From: Squalus acanthias
Lineage: Eukaryota
Direction of reading: 5' to 3'
Assembly: GCA_030390025.1 (NCBI GenBank)
Contig: CM059425.1
Location: 175,214,001 to 175,278,000 of the forward strand
Length of the DNA stretch: 64,000 nt
Part shown: positions 12,256-22,243 of the stretch, in pieces
Layout of the letters: each line of letters opens with the position of its first letter
How positions within the stretch are numbered: the stretch's first letter is position 1
The notes under the pieces: generated by a model
Seen by the model: the letters and a program-made list of their open reading frames with translations, nothing else
Database searches by the model: none
Told to the model about the DNA's origin: nothing
Translations under genes and position numbers: made by a program

Positions 12256-13406
12256 AGTAAATTGGATACAGAATCGTCAGAGCATATATAGATGGAAAAA
12301 AAAGCATGTGTACTTTACAATTGCAGACCAATAAATTAAATCATCCTGACTATCTGCCGAGGTGTGATAAAGTTAATTAAGTCAGCCAGGAAGGTACCAC
12401 ATCAAAAGACATAGCAAGATACAACTGAGACAATGAGGTGAAGTCGCAGGGGTTCTAACGTGTCAAAAGCTGCCGTATGTATGTAAAACGAAAAGCTTTA
12501 AAAAAAAATTTACTTTTTTACTGGGAAAATTTTTACTTTTTTACTGGGAATCACATCTGTGAACAAGCTAACGACGACTCGAGTCCGGATCACGTCATGT
12601 ATCGTGACATAAACCCAAGATCCCGATTGAGACCGTCTTCATGAGTGCAGAACTTGGCTATCAGTTTCTGCTCGATGATTTTGCGTTGTCGTGTGTTTCT
12701 AAGGTTGCCTTGGAGAACGCTTACCCGCAGATCCGAGGCTGAATGTCCTTGACTGCTGAAGTGTTCCCCGACTGGGAGGGAACAATCCTGCCTGGCGATT
12801 GTTGCGCGGTGCTCGTTCATACGTTGTCTCTGAGACAACGTATGAACGAGCACCGCGCAACAATCGCCAGGCAGGATTGTTCCCTCCCAGTCGGGGAACA
12901 CTTCAGCAGTCAAGGACATTCAGCCTCGGATCTGCGGGTAAGCGTTCTCCAAGGCAACCTTAGAAACACACGACAACGCAAAATCATCGAGCAGAAACTG
13001 ATAGCCAAGTTCTGCACTCATGAAGACGGTCTCAATCGGGATCTTGGGTTTATGTCACGATACATGACGTGATCCGGACTCGAGTCGTCGTTAGCTTGTT
13101 CACAGATGTGATTCCCAGTAAAAAAGTAAAAATTTTCCCAGTAAAAAAGTAAATTTTTTTTTAAAGCTTTTCGTTTTACATACATACGGCAGCTTTTGAC
13201 ACGTTAGAACCCCTGCGACTTCACCTCATTGTCTCAGTTGTATCTTGCTATGTCTTTTGATGTGGTACCTTCCTGGCTGACTTAATTAACTTTATCACAC
13301 CTCGGCAGATAGTCAGGATGATTTAATTTATTGGTCTGCAATTGTAAAGTACACATGCTTTTTTTTCCATCTATATATGCTCTGACGATTCTGTATCCAA
13401 TTTACT

Positions 13407-13444
13407 TCACCTGAGGAAGGAGCGATAGTTCCGAAAGCTTGTGA
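13407..13444 (+). ncRNA. Minimal hammerhead ribozyme motif (PLE pLTR type)
   Basis: TCAC-CTGAGGA-A-GGAGC(GATA)GTTCC-GAAA-GC-T-T-GTGA: conserved core, 5-bp stem II, self-complementary AAGCTT in place of stem III, 4-bp stem I. Confidence 0.7.
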
Positions 13445-13699
13445 TTTCAAATAAAACTGTTGGACTATAACCTGGTGTTGTGCGACCTCTTTATAAAGAG
13501 CCAGGTAACTTAGGCTGGATTGACTTATTGTTGTTTGCATGACTTTAATTTATTTGGTGCAACATGTCTTGTTTTGCCAGGAAATTATTCAAAATGTTAC
13601 AAAAATCTGGTATACATACTTGCTACTATTGAAACACTGGGCTGGAAGAAAAGTTTTCTGCTGATCAGAAATTCTTTGAAGAATAAAGGGTTATGACAC

Positions 13700-13750
13700 T
13701 ACTTTCACTTGTAGGATCTGGGTTTGAATCTAGCCCAGCTGATTGATCAC
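13700..13750 (+). mobile_element. Ancient tRNA-derived SINE head, LF-SINE-like
   Basis: CTTTCACTTGTAGGATCTGGGTTTGAATCTAGCCCAG has a B-box-like GGTTTGAATC and resembles my recollection of the LF-SINE head. Confidence 0.4.
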
Positions 13751-14023
13751 AGTCTCTTTTATTGGCTGCAAAGATCCAAAGTGAAACTACTATATTTTTT
13801 ATATAATTAAGGTATTTGTCTTTGTAATCCAGAAGGCCTTCTATTGCCAACCATGTCTTGTCAGCATATTTTTGTTATGTTTAAAAGGTAGAAATTTGAG
13901 GTTGTCTACCCATTAAAAAAAAAATGGAGAAAGGAGTGGCTAAAGTTGATAAGTGATGTAGATTTAGGTGATCATCAAATGGGAGATGATTTGAGTGTTT
14001 TGGTTTGTACAGGGTTTTTTTAA

Positions 14024-14258
14024 CGGAGTGACTCCTGCCAATGACCGAAAGATGCGCAGAAGTGTACTGTGCATTAATCTGGAACCAGAAGCTTTTTTTT
14101 CCTCACAGCCCGCTCCCTTCCGGCATTTTTCCTCACAGCCCGCTCCTCCCGGCATTTTTCCTCACAGCCCGCTCCCTCCCGGCATTTAAAAAAATGTTTG
14201 ACGAACCGGCAGCACGCATGTGCAGTACGCTTCTGGTTCGTTGGCAGCAGTCGCGCCC
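14024..14258. mobile_element. Non-autonomous DNA transposon (MITE) with 3 internal minisatellite units
   Basis: Imperfect TIRs CGGAGTGACTCCTGCCAATGACC / GGTTCGTTGGCAGCAGTCGCGCCC; TTTTTTAA on both sides; same family as 18231-18620. Confidence 0.75.
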
Positions 14259-14259
14259 T

Positions 14260-14590
14260 TTTTTAAATTCATTGTGGGATGTGGGTGTCAGTGGCATGGC
14301 TGGCATTTATTGCCCATCCCTAGTTGCCTTGATATAACTCTGTGGCTTGCTAGGTCACTTCAGAGGGAAGTTGAGAGTCATTGGTAAATCACATAAAGGA
14401 CATTAGTGAACCAGTTGGGGTTTTCTGACAATCCGACTGCTTCATAGTCACTTATAGCAGCTTTTTATCCAGATTTCTTTTTGACTGAATTCAAATTCTC
14501 AAACTTCCATGGTGGGATTTGAACTCCCGTCCTTTGGATTATTAGTCCAGGCCTCTGGACTAGTCCAGTTACATAACTACTACACTATTG
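14260..14590 (-). mobile_element. tRNA-derived SINE (family B head joined to family B LINE 3' tail)
   Basis: B box GAGTTCAAATCCC on the minus strand (~14514-14526); body matches 62700-62978; 3' end matches the LINE tail at 1360-1430 and 41490-41560. Confidence 0.85.
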
Positions 14591-15214
14591 TACCCATGCA
14601 CAGATGAATTGTAGGTTGATTTATTGTGGATAATCTCTTTAGAAATGGGTATGTCAGTTTAAATTAAATTAGCTGCGCACTGTTGCTCTTAAAAGTTTCA
14701 GTATAATTCTCATATCAGTGTACCTTATTTAATTGAACAAAAGGGGGCAGTAGTTCATTGCTATTACGTAAAGGACTCTTCAAAATTGTATATTGTCGAG
14801 AGGGTACAAATTAGACTCTAATATAAAAAATAAACTCTGCCAACCAAATTAGTAGTATAAAGGTTGATGATGAGAGGTAAACTTCCAATCCGGGCTGAGT
14901 GAAAGTGGTTGGGTGGAGTAAAGGATTTGGAACTAACTGTTCACTTTATTAAATAAAAATCAGGTTTCCATCACTCTGAGCCTCTTTCCCTGTCCCCCTC
15001 ATCCTGCCTTCAGTAAGATTCTCAATTCTGAGTGGTCATGAAGAAAGACAGCCTTTTCAAGGAATTGCAGTAATAGCAGATTTTGCTGACCTATATAATT
15101 ATATTTGAAGTAGAAAATGTATAATTTTTGAAAATTAAACATAAGCAGAAATGTGTGTATTGTGGTCGATATAGGACAACGTCAAAGATGGTAAGCTACC
15201 AGGTATAATATAAT

Positions 15215-15326
15215 TATTACTACAATAGCAACACAAGAACTTGCACTAATATAGCAAATATTAAGCTATAGAGGGTGACTGATAGCTTGGCAGAAAAGAC
15301 AGGTTTTGTACAGGCTTTTAAAGATG

Positions 15327-15363
<37 letters not shown>

Positions 15364-15670
15364 TGCTTCCAGAGGGTAGGACCAAGGTGATTGAAGGCTG
15401 TAGCCCTTTATGCTCCTCACCTCCTCCCTTCAACCCACCATTGGTAGAGTCGGAAGACCAAAGGGTGTGGGAGGAGATATAAGATGCAGGTAGCAGAAAT
15501 ATGAGGCTGAAGCTGTGGACAGATTTGAAGAGAAGAACGAGGATTATAAATTTAATATGTGTGGGCCATTGTAGGTTAGCAAGGACGAGTGATGAGCGAA
15601 CAGAACTTGGTGCAGGACAAGGTATGGGCAGTTGAGTTTTGGATGAGTTGAACTTTATGGAGAGTGGAAA
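15215..15670 (-). mobile_element. Degraded L2 fragment containing a (GA)n microsatellite (~15330-15360)
   Basis: FKSLYKTCLF resembles the L2 C-terminal FK..LKT.LF; the GA run is directly visible. Confidence 0.7.
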
Positions 15671-16504
15671 ATTATGCTTTTTTTTAACACGAAATGAAAA
15701 TGGCAAGACAGTTTTGCATTCATTTCAATAAAACAGCAGTGAAATGGTGCAATTGAAATTCATACATTTTAAATAATTGTGAATATTTGATTTTCTTAGT
15801 CATGTTCCAATTTTTTTTTCCATTTGAAATGAATTGTTCTCTTTACTGAAGTCAGTTTGGCAACATTGTATTTTGAATCTGTTTAGTTTCAGATTTGAAC
15901 TTCTCAGAGCCATTTTTTTTAACATGATATAATCATTTAGCATTTTCCCATCAAAATCACTGACAAAATGGTCAGAGTAGATTATTGGCACTTGAAGGCT
16001 GAGTTGTTTTGTGAGAGATGCACTTATATTTTTCTTGTGCAAGCCTTAAATTTGATTGTTTCTACATTACATATTGCAACTTCTAAAATTGGGACTTAGT
16101 TAATAGCTATATGGATCAATCAGAGTAAAAATTAAGATACTATCTACAGTATTGTGGTTTGAAGATTCAGTAAGCAAAACTCCCATGAGAGTCATAGAAA
16201 TTAATTCACAGTAACAAACCTAAGTGCATATGGAAGTCTAGAATTTGAGGTTATCTGAATTTTTATGATTTGGTAGAACTGAAATAAAACAAGAATGTTG
16301 CTTGGTTTTGCATCTGTTTTCAACTTGCAGGTTTCTGCAGTGCAATGGCACAACGGAACTTTGGAACTGGACCATGTTTTCACTCTGACATTAAGGTCGA
16401 GAGCAGAGTACTGTTCAAATTTGATTGACACCTATTTAGTCATAGATTATTTAAAAAGTAGCACTTCAGAGATTGCACTGATTTTTTACATTAAAAATAG
16501 ATTT

Positions 16505-17743
16505 TTAACATTTACTGGAATATTCTTCCTTTTTCACATCCTCCCTCCTCCAGGAGTGAGCCTGGCTTATTAAGTTATATACAGGGTACAGATCAATGAA
16601 TAATATCAGTATCACAAATGTGACTCTCTTCCTTCCTGTGGGGTACAGAGAATTTCAGAGTTCCACAGTTAATTGTCTTACTGCCTGCCATTGGTGAGCA
16701 GCTTCTTAGAAAACTGAGTAGAGGCATAGTTGTACTTCATATGCTCAGATGTTTTCCTCCTATAAATACAAGACCAGCTGCATGTGCAGTATTTTGTCTA
16801 TCTTGGGGTTGGCGTTGGAAGCCAAGTTGGTGATACCTGATGCATAACTCCATGAAACTATAACCGCTAAACCACCTTGTCCACTGATGTTCCCTGAGAT
16901 GCAATAGTCTAGATTAAACGAGTAATGGTTACCCTCTTGGAATAATGGTTTCAAACACTTCCGCTGAATGAATTGCAGTTGCAAGCTGTGATGCTGTCCA
17001 TCACCTCAATGACAGACTCTTTCCCTCAGTATGGTGCTCCTATCTTCAGAAGCATCAACACAGTGACAACTGTCTTGGCACAAAAATGAACGCGCGCTCT
17101 TGAGTGGTGTGGCTAGCTATAATTTTTCATGAATCACAGTTGCAACAAATAGGTGAAAATATGCACAAACATCACTGTAGTGAGGCGCATTAAAAGAGTT
17201 AGGAGTTTGCACCAGACTCTTGTGTGTCAACACTAAGCAGATATTGCGCAGGTAATGCAAAACTTCATACTTTTTGCTCCATATGTCAGGGGCACAGAGT
17301 ATCTTTAATACCGTGTGTAAATTGGGTTCAGCTGTATGAGTGGACCCTTTATCTGGAGATGATGCCGTTCATCCTCAACAAATGGTAATTGAGAAAAGAG
17401 TGACTTTTTTCAGAACAAAAAGTTGTAGCGATTCTGCTGCAGAAATCCTGGGACAGTTAAGCTGTAGGGGTAGAGGGTCTCTTGATCTAGATAGGGAAGT
17501 TTCTCTACATGTATCTATAGTTTTTTCTCTAACCATTGATGATCTGTTAGATCGGAGCAGAGGCAATAGCAATATTTCTGGTAATTCTGTGTTGACTTGG
17601 TTCTTGAACCAGTTGGAATTTATTATTGATAAAACTCATTTATATTTTGCAGGGCCTGTATATTTAGACAGATAGTAAACTGTCAATGCTTTCCAAAGCT
17701 TATATTGTTGGTATAGCTCCTGATTAAAGTATTCTTCCTTCAG
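16505..17743 (-). pseudogene. Decayed ~413-codon reading frame of unknown origin (candidate viral or transposon relic)
   Basis: ORFs 17375-17572 and 16760-16984 share a frame; manual translation gives only 9 internal stops (6 TGA) and no frameshift is needed. Confidence 0.4.
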
Positions 17744-18230
17744 TTATGGACACTGTATTTGCATACAGGAAAAATTCTGTGCTTAAAACTTGCATTGCCA
17801 AGCGGAAGTGATGCCATGATAATGACTTTAAACTCTTGGGGTTGGTGATCCAGTTATGCTTACTTATTCACATTAATTACTGAATTTAGGCCATTTCCCT
17901 ACTTTGTTGAGGGTGGCAGATATTGTGGCCTATTTTGGGAGGGAATAAAATTGGTGAATACCTTGTATCTAGGCTGATGACAGGATTCTGCAAATCTAAT
18001 TGTTTAACTGATGGGCTGTACCTACTTAGAGTCTAAATATTATTTTACACAAGATGGTTTTGCTATGTCAGTAAACACTTTCAACTTCACAATCATTGTG
18101 TAATTCATTAGACTTTTCCCCCCTGTTGGATGGGCAAGAATGAAGTCGCAACATTGGGTGACGCCCTTTAAAGCGCACTACTTATTGCTCACTCAGTAAA
18201 GTCTATAGCAAAGTAAACTGAATTTTACTA

Positions 18231-18620
18231 CGGAGTGACTGCTGCCAACGACCGGAAGCTGCGCAGAAGCGTACTGCGCATTAATCTGGAACTGGAAGCA
18301 TGATGTTTCTGGCTTTTTTTTCCCGCGGAGCCCGCTCCCTCCCTGGCATTTTTCCCCAGAGCCGGCTCCCTTCCTTGGCATTTTTCCCCCGGAGCCCGCT
18401 CCCTTCCTCGGCATTTTTCGCGGAAGCCCGCTCCCTTCCACAGCATTTTTCCCTAGAGCCCACTCCCTCCCTTGGCAATTTTTTTCAAGGATCCCGCTCC
18501 CTCCCTTGGCATTTTCCCCCAGAGCCTGCTCCCTCCTCGGCACTTAAAACGAGCCCACTCCCGCACATGCGCAGAACGCTTCTACGCAGCTTCCCAGTTC
18601 ACTGGCAGCAGTCACGTCCA
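18231..18620. mobile_element. MITE with ~50-bp imperfect TIRs and 7+ internal ~32-bp minisatellite units
   Basis: Left GGAGTGACTGCTGCCAACGACCGGAAGCTGCGCAGAAGCGTACTGCGCAT mirrors right ATGCGCAGAACGCTTCTACGCAGCTTCCCAG..GGCAGCAGTCACGTCC; TSD (A)TTTTACTA at 18222-18230 and 18620-18628. Confidence 0.85.
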
Positions 18621-18674
18621 TTTTACTAAGATGGCATGCTTCAAGCCAGAGTTATTCTTCAGTATTGGAACAAT

Positions 18675-20369
18675 GGCCGGGATTTTCCTCACCTCGGCGG
18701 GTTTGGGTTATGTCGGTGGCGGGTCGTGGCCTTGCTGCTGGCTCCATCGCGCTCTGGAAAATGAATTTACATTGATAGGGCTTGTTAAACCCGCCCAGTG
18801 CATTTCCCAGGCCAATTGGAGGAAGCAGGTCTGGTGATGTCATTCATGACGCATCATCAGTTGGTTTCCTTAAAGGGATCATGGCCAATTTTCTTTTGAC
18901 ATTTGTGCTGTCTGTTCTACAGCACTGAAGTGCTACAAACACACAATCACTGCACAGAGGTGCAGGGCTGCACCCGGATTTTTCCCATGACTCCCTCCAT
19001 AAGCATATGCAGAGCACGCAGGGAAGTCCTCTTCCCTTCCCATGGGCAGAAGAGACCTCCCCAGGAGACTAAAACAGCCTGATTGCACAGGAGGACGCAA
19101 GCAGGGATGTCATCAGGATGTCATCCGGGTGCAGTGGCGCAAACCTTTTAATGATCTCATTAGCTCACGAAACATTAGTACAAAGCCACACTCTCCTTCA
19201 TCCTCCTGTGCTTCTCATCACATCCCCATCACTCTGCCTTCCTTACCTTACTCCTGCTCATCCTTACACCAACTTACCTTGCACCTCCACCCATCCCTCT
19301 CTATCTACATTATCACTTCCCCATTTCACTAGCCACCCCTCACACTCACCCTCATCCTAGTGCAATCATACCAACTAACGACCCACAAGGGTAGGTACTT
19401 GGGTGTTTAATCCAATGGTCATGTAATGTTTCTGTTAATATGCTGTTAAACATTGAAACCTTTATTTTCAAAACTTTCTGTTCTTGGACAGATCTGTGTG
19501 CACCTTTGGAAGTGTCTTAGTGAGTTGCAGTGAATGGTGAGATCCCCTGCAATGGTGGTGAATGTGAAGGGAATGGCTTGGACATTGTAGGGATGCTTTA
19601 TGGTATTGGTGTGGGGTGGTGCCAACCTGGTGCATCATGAGGCAGCCAGGGTGTACAGCGTCAAGTGAAGTAAATCTGGCCATGGTGAGGCCATCCCTGG
19701 CCTCCCAGGCAGCAATGTGCTCGGGTGCTGATGCCCTCTGTCCTGTGCAGCATCAGGTGATTGCGGAGAAGGTTAGTGGTGTTGGTGCTGCTGGTGTGCC
19801 TGGTGTTGGGGCTGATCGTGGTTGGATTTTGAGGACCAAGGTGAAACAGTATAAAGGGCACCCATGTTGATGGAATAGATGGCAGGTGAAGTAGCGATGA
19901 CGGAAGCATTCTGTCAATGGTGAGAGTGGAAGGAAAGCCTGCAGAAACTCTGCTGGAAATGGACTGAGAAACAGCTTGTGGGTGAGGAAAGTGATGATCT
20001 GTCAGGTGGAAGCTTTAACTGTACATTTGAAGCTGTCAAGTGATCAGCTGAAGCAATGGCCATTCAATTCCCGCCTCAGGTTCACAGACGTGGTCCCCGA
20101 GCAGCGTGGACCCCGTGGGCAAGCAGTGAAAGTTAAAAGGAAAGGTTAAAAGCATTATTAAGGGTCTGTCAACAACCCAATAATTGGTTTAATTGGGTCG
20201 CCCACCTCCTGCGGGTTGGGTCGGATCAGAGATCACACATGCGCCATTGGGAAAGGCACATTGCGGCGGCAGCTTGACTGCGGAGTCCAGACCTGCTGTC
20301 AAGAAAAATCAAATTTCCCACCCGACCCGCCACCGATCCCGCCCGCTGACCCCCAGGAAAATTCCAGCC
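18675..20369. mobile_element. PIF/Harbinger-derived element (Myb/SANT-like remnant on +, probable transposase remnant on -)
   Basis: TIRs GGCCGGGATTTTCCT / AGGAAAATTCCAGCC with GC-rich subterminal mirrors; RAAPGF, RARREVLFP and VQWRKPFNDL resemble the Harbinger Myb/SANT domain. TSD not clean. Confidence 0.75.
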
Positions 20370-20414
20370 AAAGTGACTGGTCTGTAAGTTCTTGAGGTTG
20401 TAACTAGAGCATTT

Positions 20415-21350
20415 TGATATATAGAAATGACCTGGAGATTGGAAGACAGAGTAGAATTTATAAATTTGCCGATGACGTCAAACTTGGGGGGATGGCAAAT
20501 TGTGAGAATGATACCAATCGACTGCAACAGGACATAGAAAGACTAGTAGAATGGGCAGACAAGTGGCAGATGGAATTTAATACAGGGAAGTGTGAGGTGA
20601 TGCATTTTGGCAGAAGGAAGAGGGAGAGGCAATATACACTTAATGGCACAGTTTTAAAGAGTGTGTAGGGACAGAGGGACTTGGGAGTTAATGTGCATAG
20701 GTCCCTGAAGGTGGCAGGACATATTGAGAGAGTGGTTAACAAAGCTTATGGGATCTTGGGCTTCATAAATAGAGGTATTGAGTACAAAAGTAGAGAAGTT
20801 ATGCTGAACCTTTATAAAGCGCTGGTTTGGCCACAACTGGAGTATTGCGTCCAGTTCTGGTCACCACACTTTAGGAAGGATGTGAAGGTCCTTGAGAGGG
20901 TGCAGAGGAGATTTACCAGAATGGTTCCGGGGATGGGGGATCTTAGCTACAAGGACAGGTTGGAGAAGCTGGATTTGTTTTCATTCGAGCAAAGGAGGGT
21001 GATTTGATAGAGGTGTACAAGATTATGACGGGTTTGGATAGGCTAGATGGGGAAAGGCTGTTCCCACTAGTTGATGGTACAATGACTAGGGGACACAGAT
21101 TTAAGGTCTTGGGCAAGAGTTACAGGGGGGATGTGCGGAAAAACTTTTTTACACAGCGAGTGGTGATGACCTGGTGGAGTTGGAGACACTCAATGTTTTC
21201 AAGGGGAGACTGGATAGGCACTTGAGGGAAATAAACTTGCAGGGCTACGGGGATAGAGCGGGGGAATGGGACTGACTGGATTGCTCTACAGAGAGCCGGC
21301 AAGGACTTGATGGGCTGAATGGCCTCCTTCTGTGCCGTTATGACTCTGAC
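20415..21350 (+). mobile_element. CR1 3' fragment
   Basis: KFADDVKLGG, LEYCVQFWSP, DVRKNFFTQRVV and 3' UTR. Confidence 0.9.
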
Positions 21351-21413
21351 TATCTTTATTCTCTTGTGTATGAAGTGTGGATGTCATTTGATCTTTTAAT
21401 GTGCTCCATGGGA

Positions 21414-21842
21414 TAACAACAACAACAACTTGTATTTATATAGCACCTTTAACGTAGTAAAACGTCCCAAGGCGCTGCACAGGAGTATTTTAAGACACAC
21501 AAGGATAAATTAGGGCAGGTGACAAAAGCTTGGTCAAAGAGGTAGGTTTTAAGGAGCGTTTTAAAGGAGGATAGAGAGGTAGCGAGGCGGACAGGTTTAG
21601 GCAGGGAATTCCAGAGCTTAGGGCCTAGGCAACAGAAGGCATGGCCACCAATGGTTGAGCGATTATAATCAGGGATGCTCAAGAGGGCAGAATTAGAGAA
21701 GTGCAGATATCTCTTTGGGGGGGAGGGGTTGTGGGGCTGAAGGAGATTATATAGAGATAGGGAGGGGCGACGCCATGGAGGGATTTGAAAACAAGGATGA
21801 GAATTTTGAAATCGAGGAGTTGCTTAACCAGGAGCCAATGTA
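21414..21842 (-). mobile_element. L2 3' end with (AAC)n tail
   Basis: GGHAFCCLGPKLWNSLP..FKTLLKTYLF. Confidence 0.88.
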
Positions 21843-22243
21843 AGAGGGGATCTCATTGAAACGTATAAAATTCTGACCGGGCTAGACAGACTGGATGCAG
21901 GGAGGATGTTTCCCCTGGCTGGTGGGGGGGGGGGGGGGTCTAGAACGAGGGGTCACAGTCTCAGGATACGAGGTAGGACATTTAGGACTGAGATGAGGAG
22001 AAATTTCTTCCCTCAGAGGGTGGTGAACCTGTGGAATTCTCTACCACAGAAGGCTGTGGAGGCCAAGTCACTGAATATATTTAAGAAGGAGATAGATAGA
22101 TTTCTAGACACAAAAGGCATCAAGGGGTATGGGGAGAGAGCGGGAATATGTTATTGAGCTAGAGGATCAGCCATGATCATATTGAATGGCGGAGCAGACT
22201 CAAAGGGCCGAATGGCCTACTCCTGCTCCTATTTTTCTATGTT
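21843..22243 (+). mobile_element. CR1 3' end
   Basis: ORF 21906-22157 (RTEMRRNFF) plus 3' UTR and tail. Confidence 0.9.

Larger units (their letters stand above)
12127..13490. mobile_element. Penelope-like element 3' end (GIY-YIG C-terminus plus pLTR) as a fold-back inverted duplication
   Basis: LRQRMNEHR..PVGEHF..H...L.V....R...EQKLI..F.T...GLN is the PLE GIY-YIG C-terminal half. Arms 12172-12830 and 12832-13490; TSD TCTTTATAAAGA (12115-12126, 13488-13499). Confidence 0.92.

Noticed and set aside
12590..13072. Two 109-aa mirror ORFs as real genes
   Set aside because: They are a by-product of the palindrome: the N-terminal ~30 aa is antisense sequence and the GIY-YIG motif itself is missing.
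16331..16395. Possible exon after TTTTCAACTTGCAG (also candidates at ~45311 and ~49630-49739)
   Set aside because: One splice site is weak in each case and no peptide is recognisable; not supportable without RNA data.
18322..18562. Regularly spaced repeats resembling a CRISPR array
   Set aside because: Head-to-tail degenerate units with no unique spacers, inside a MITE in eukaryotic DNA.
18193..18629. Several overlapping repetitive ORFs
   Set aside because: Stop-free simply because of the minisatellite composition.
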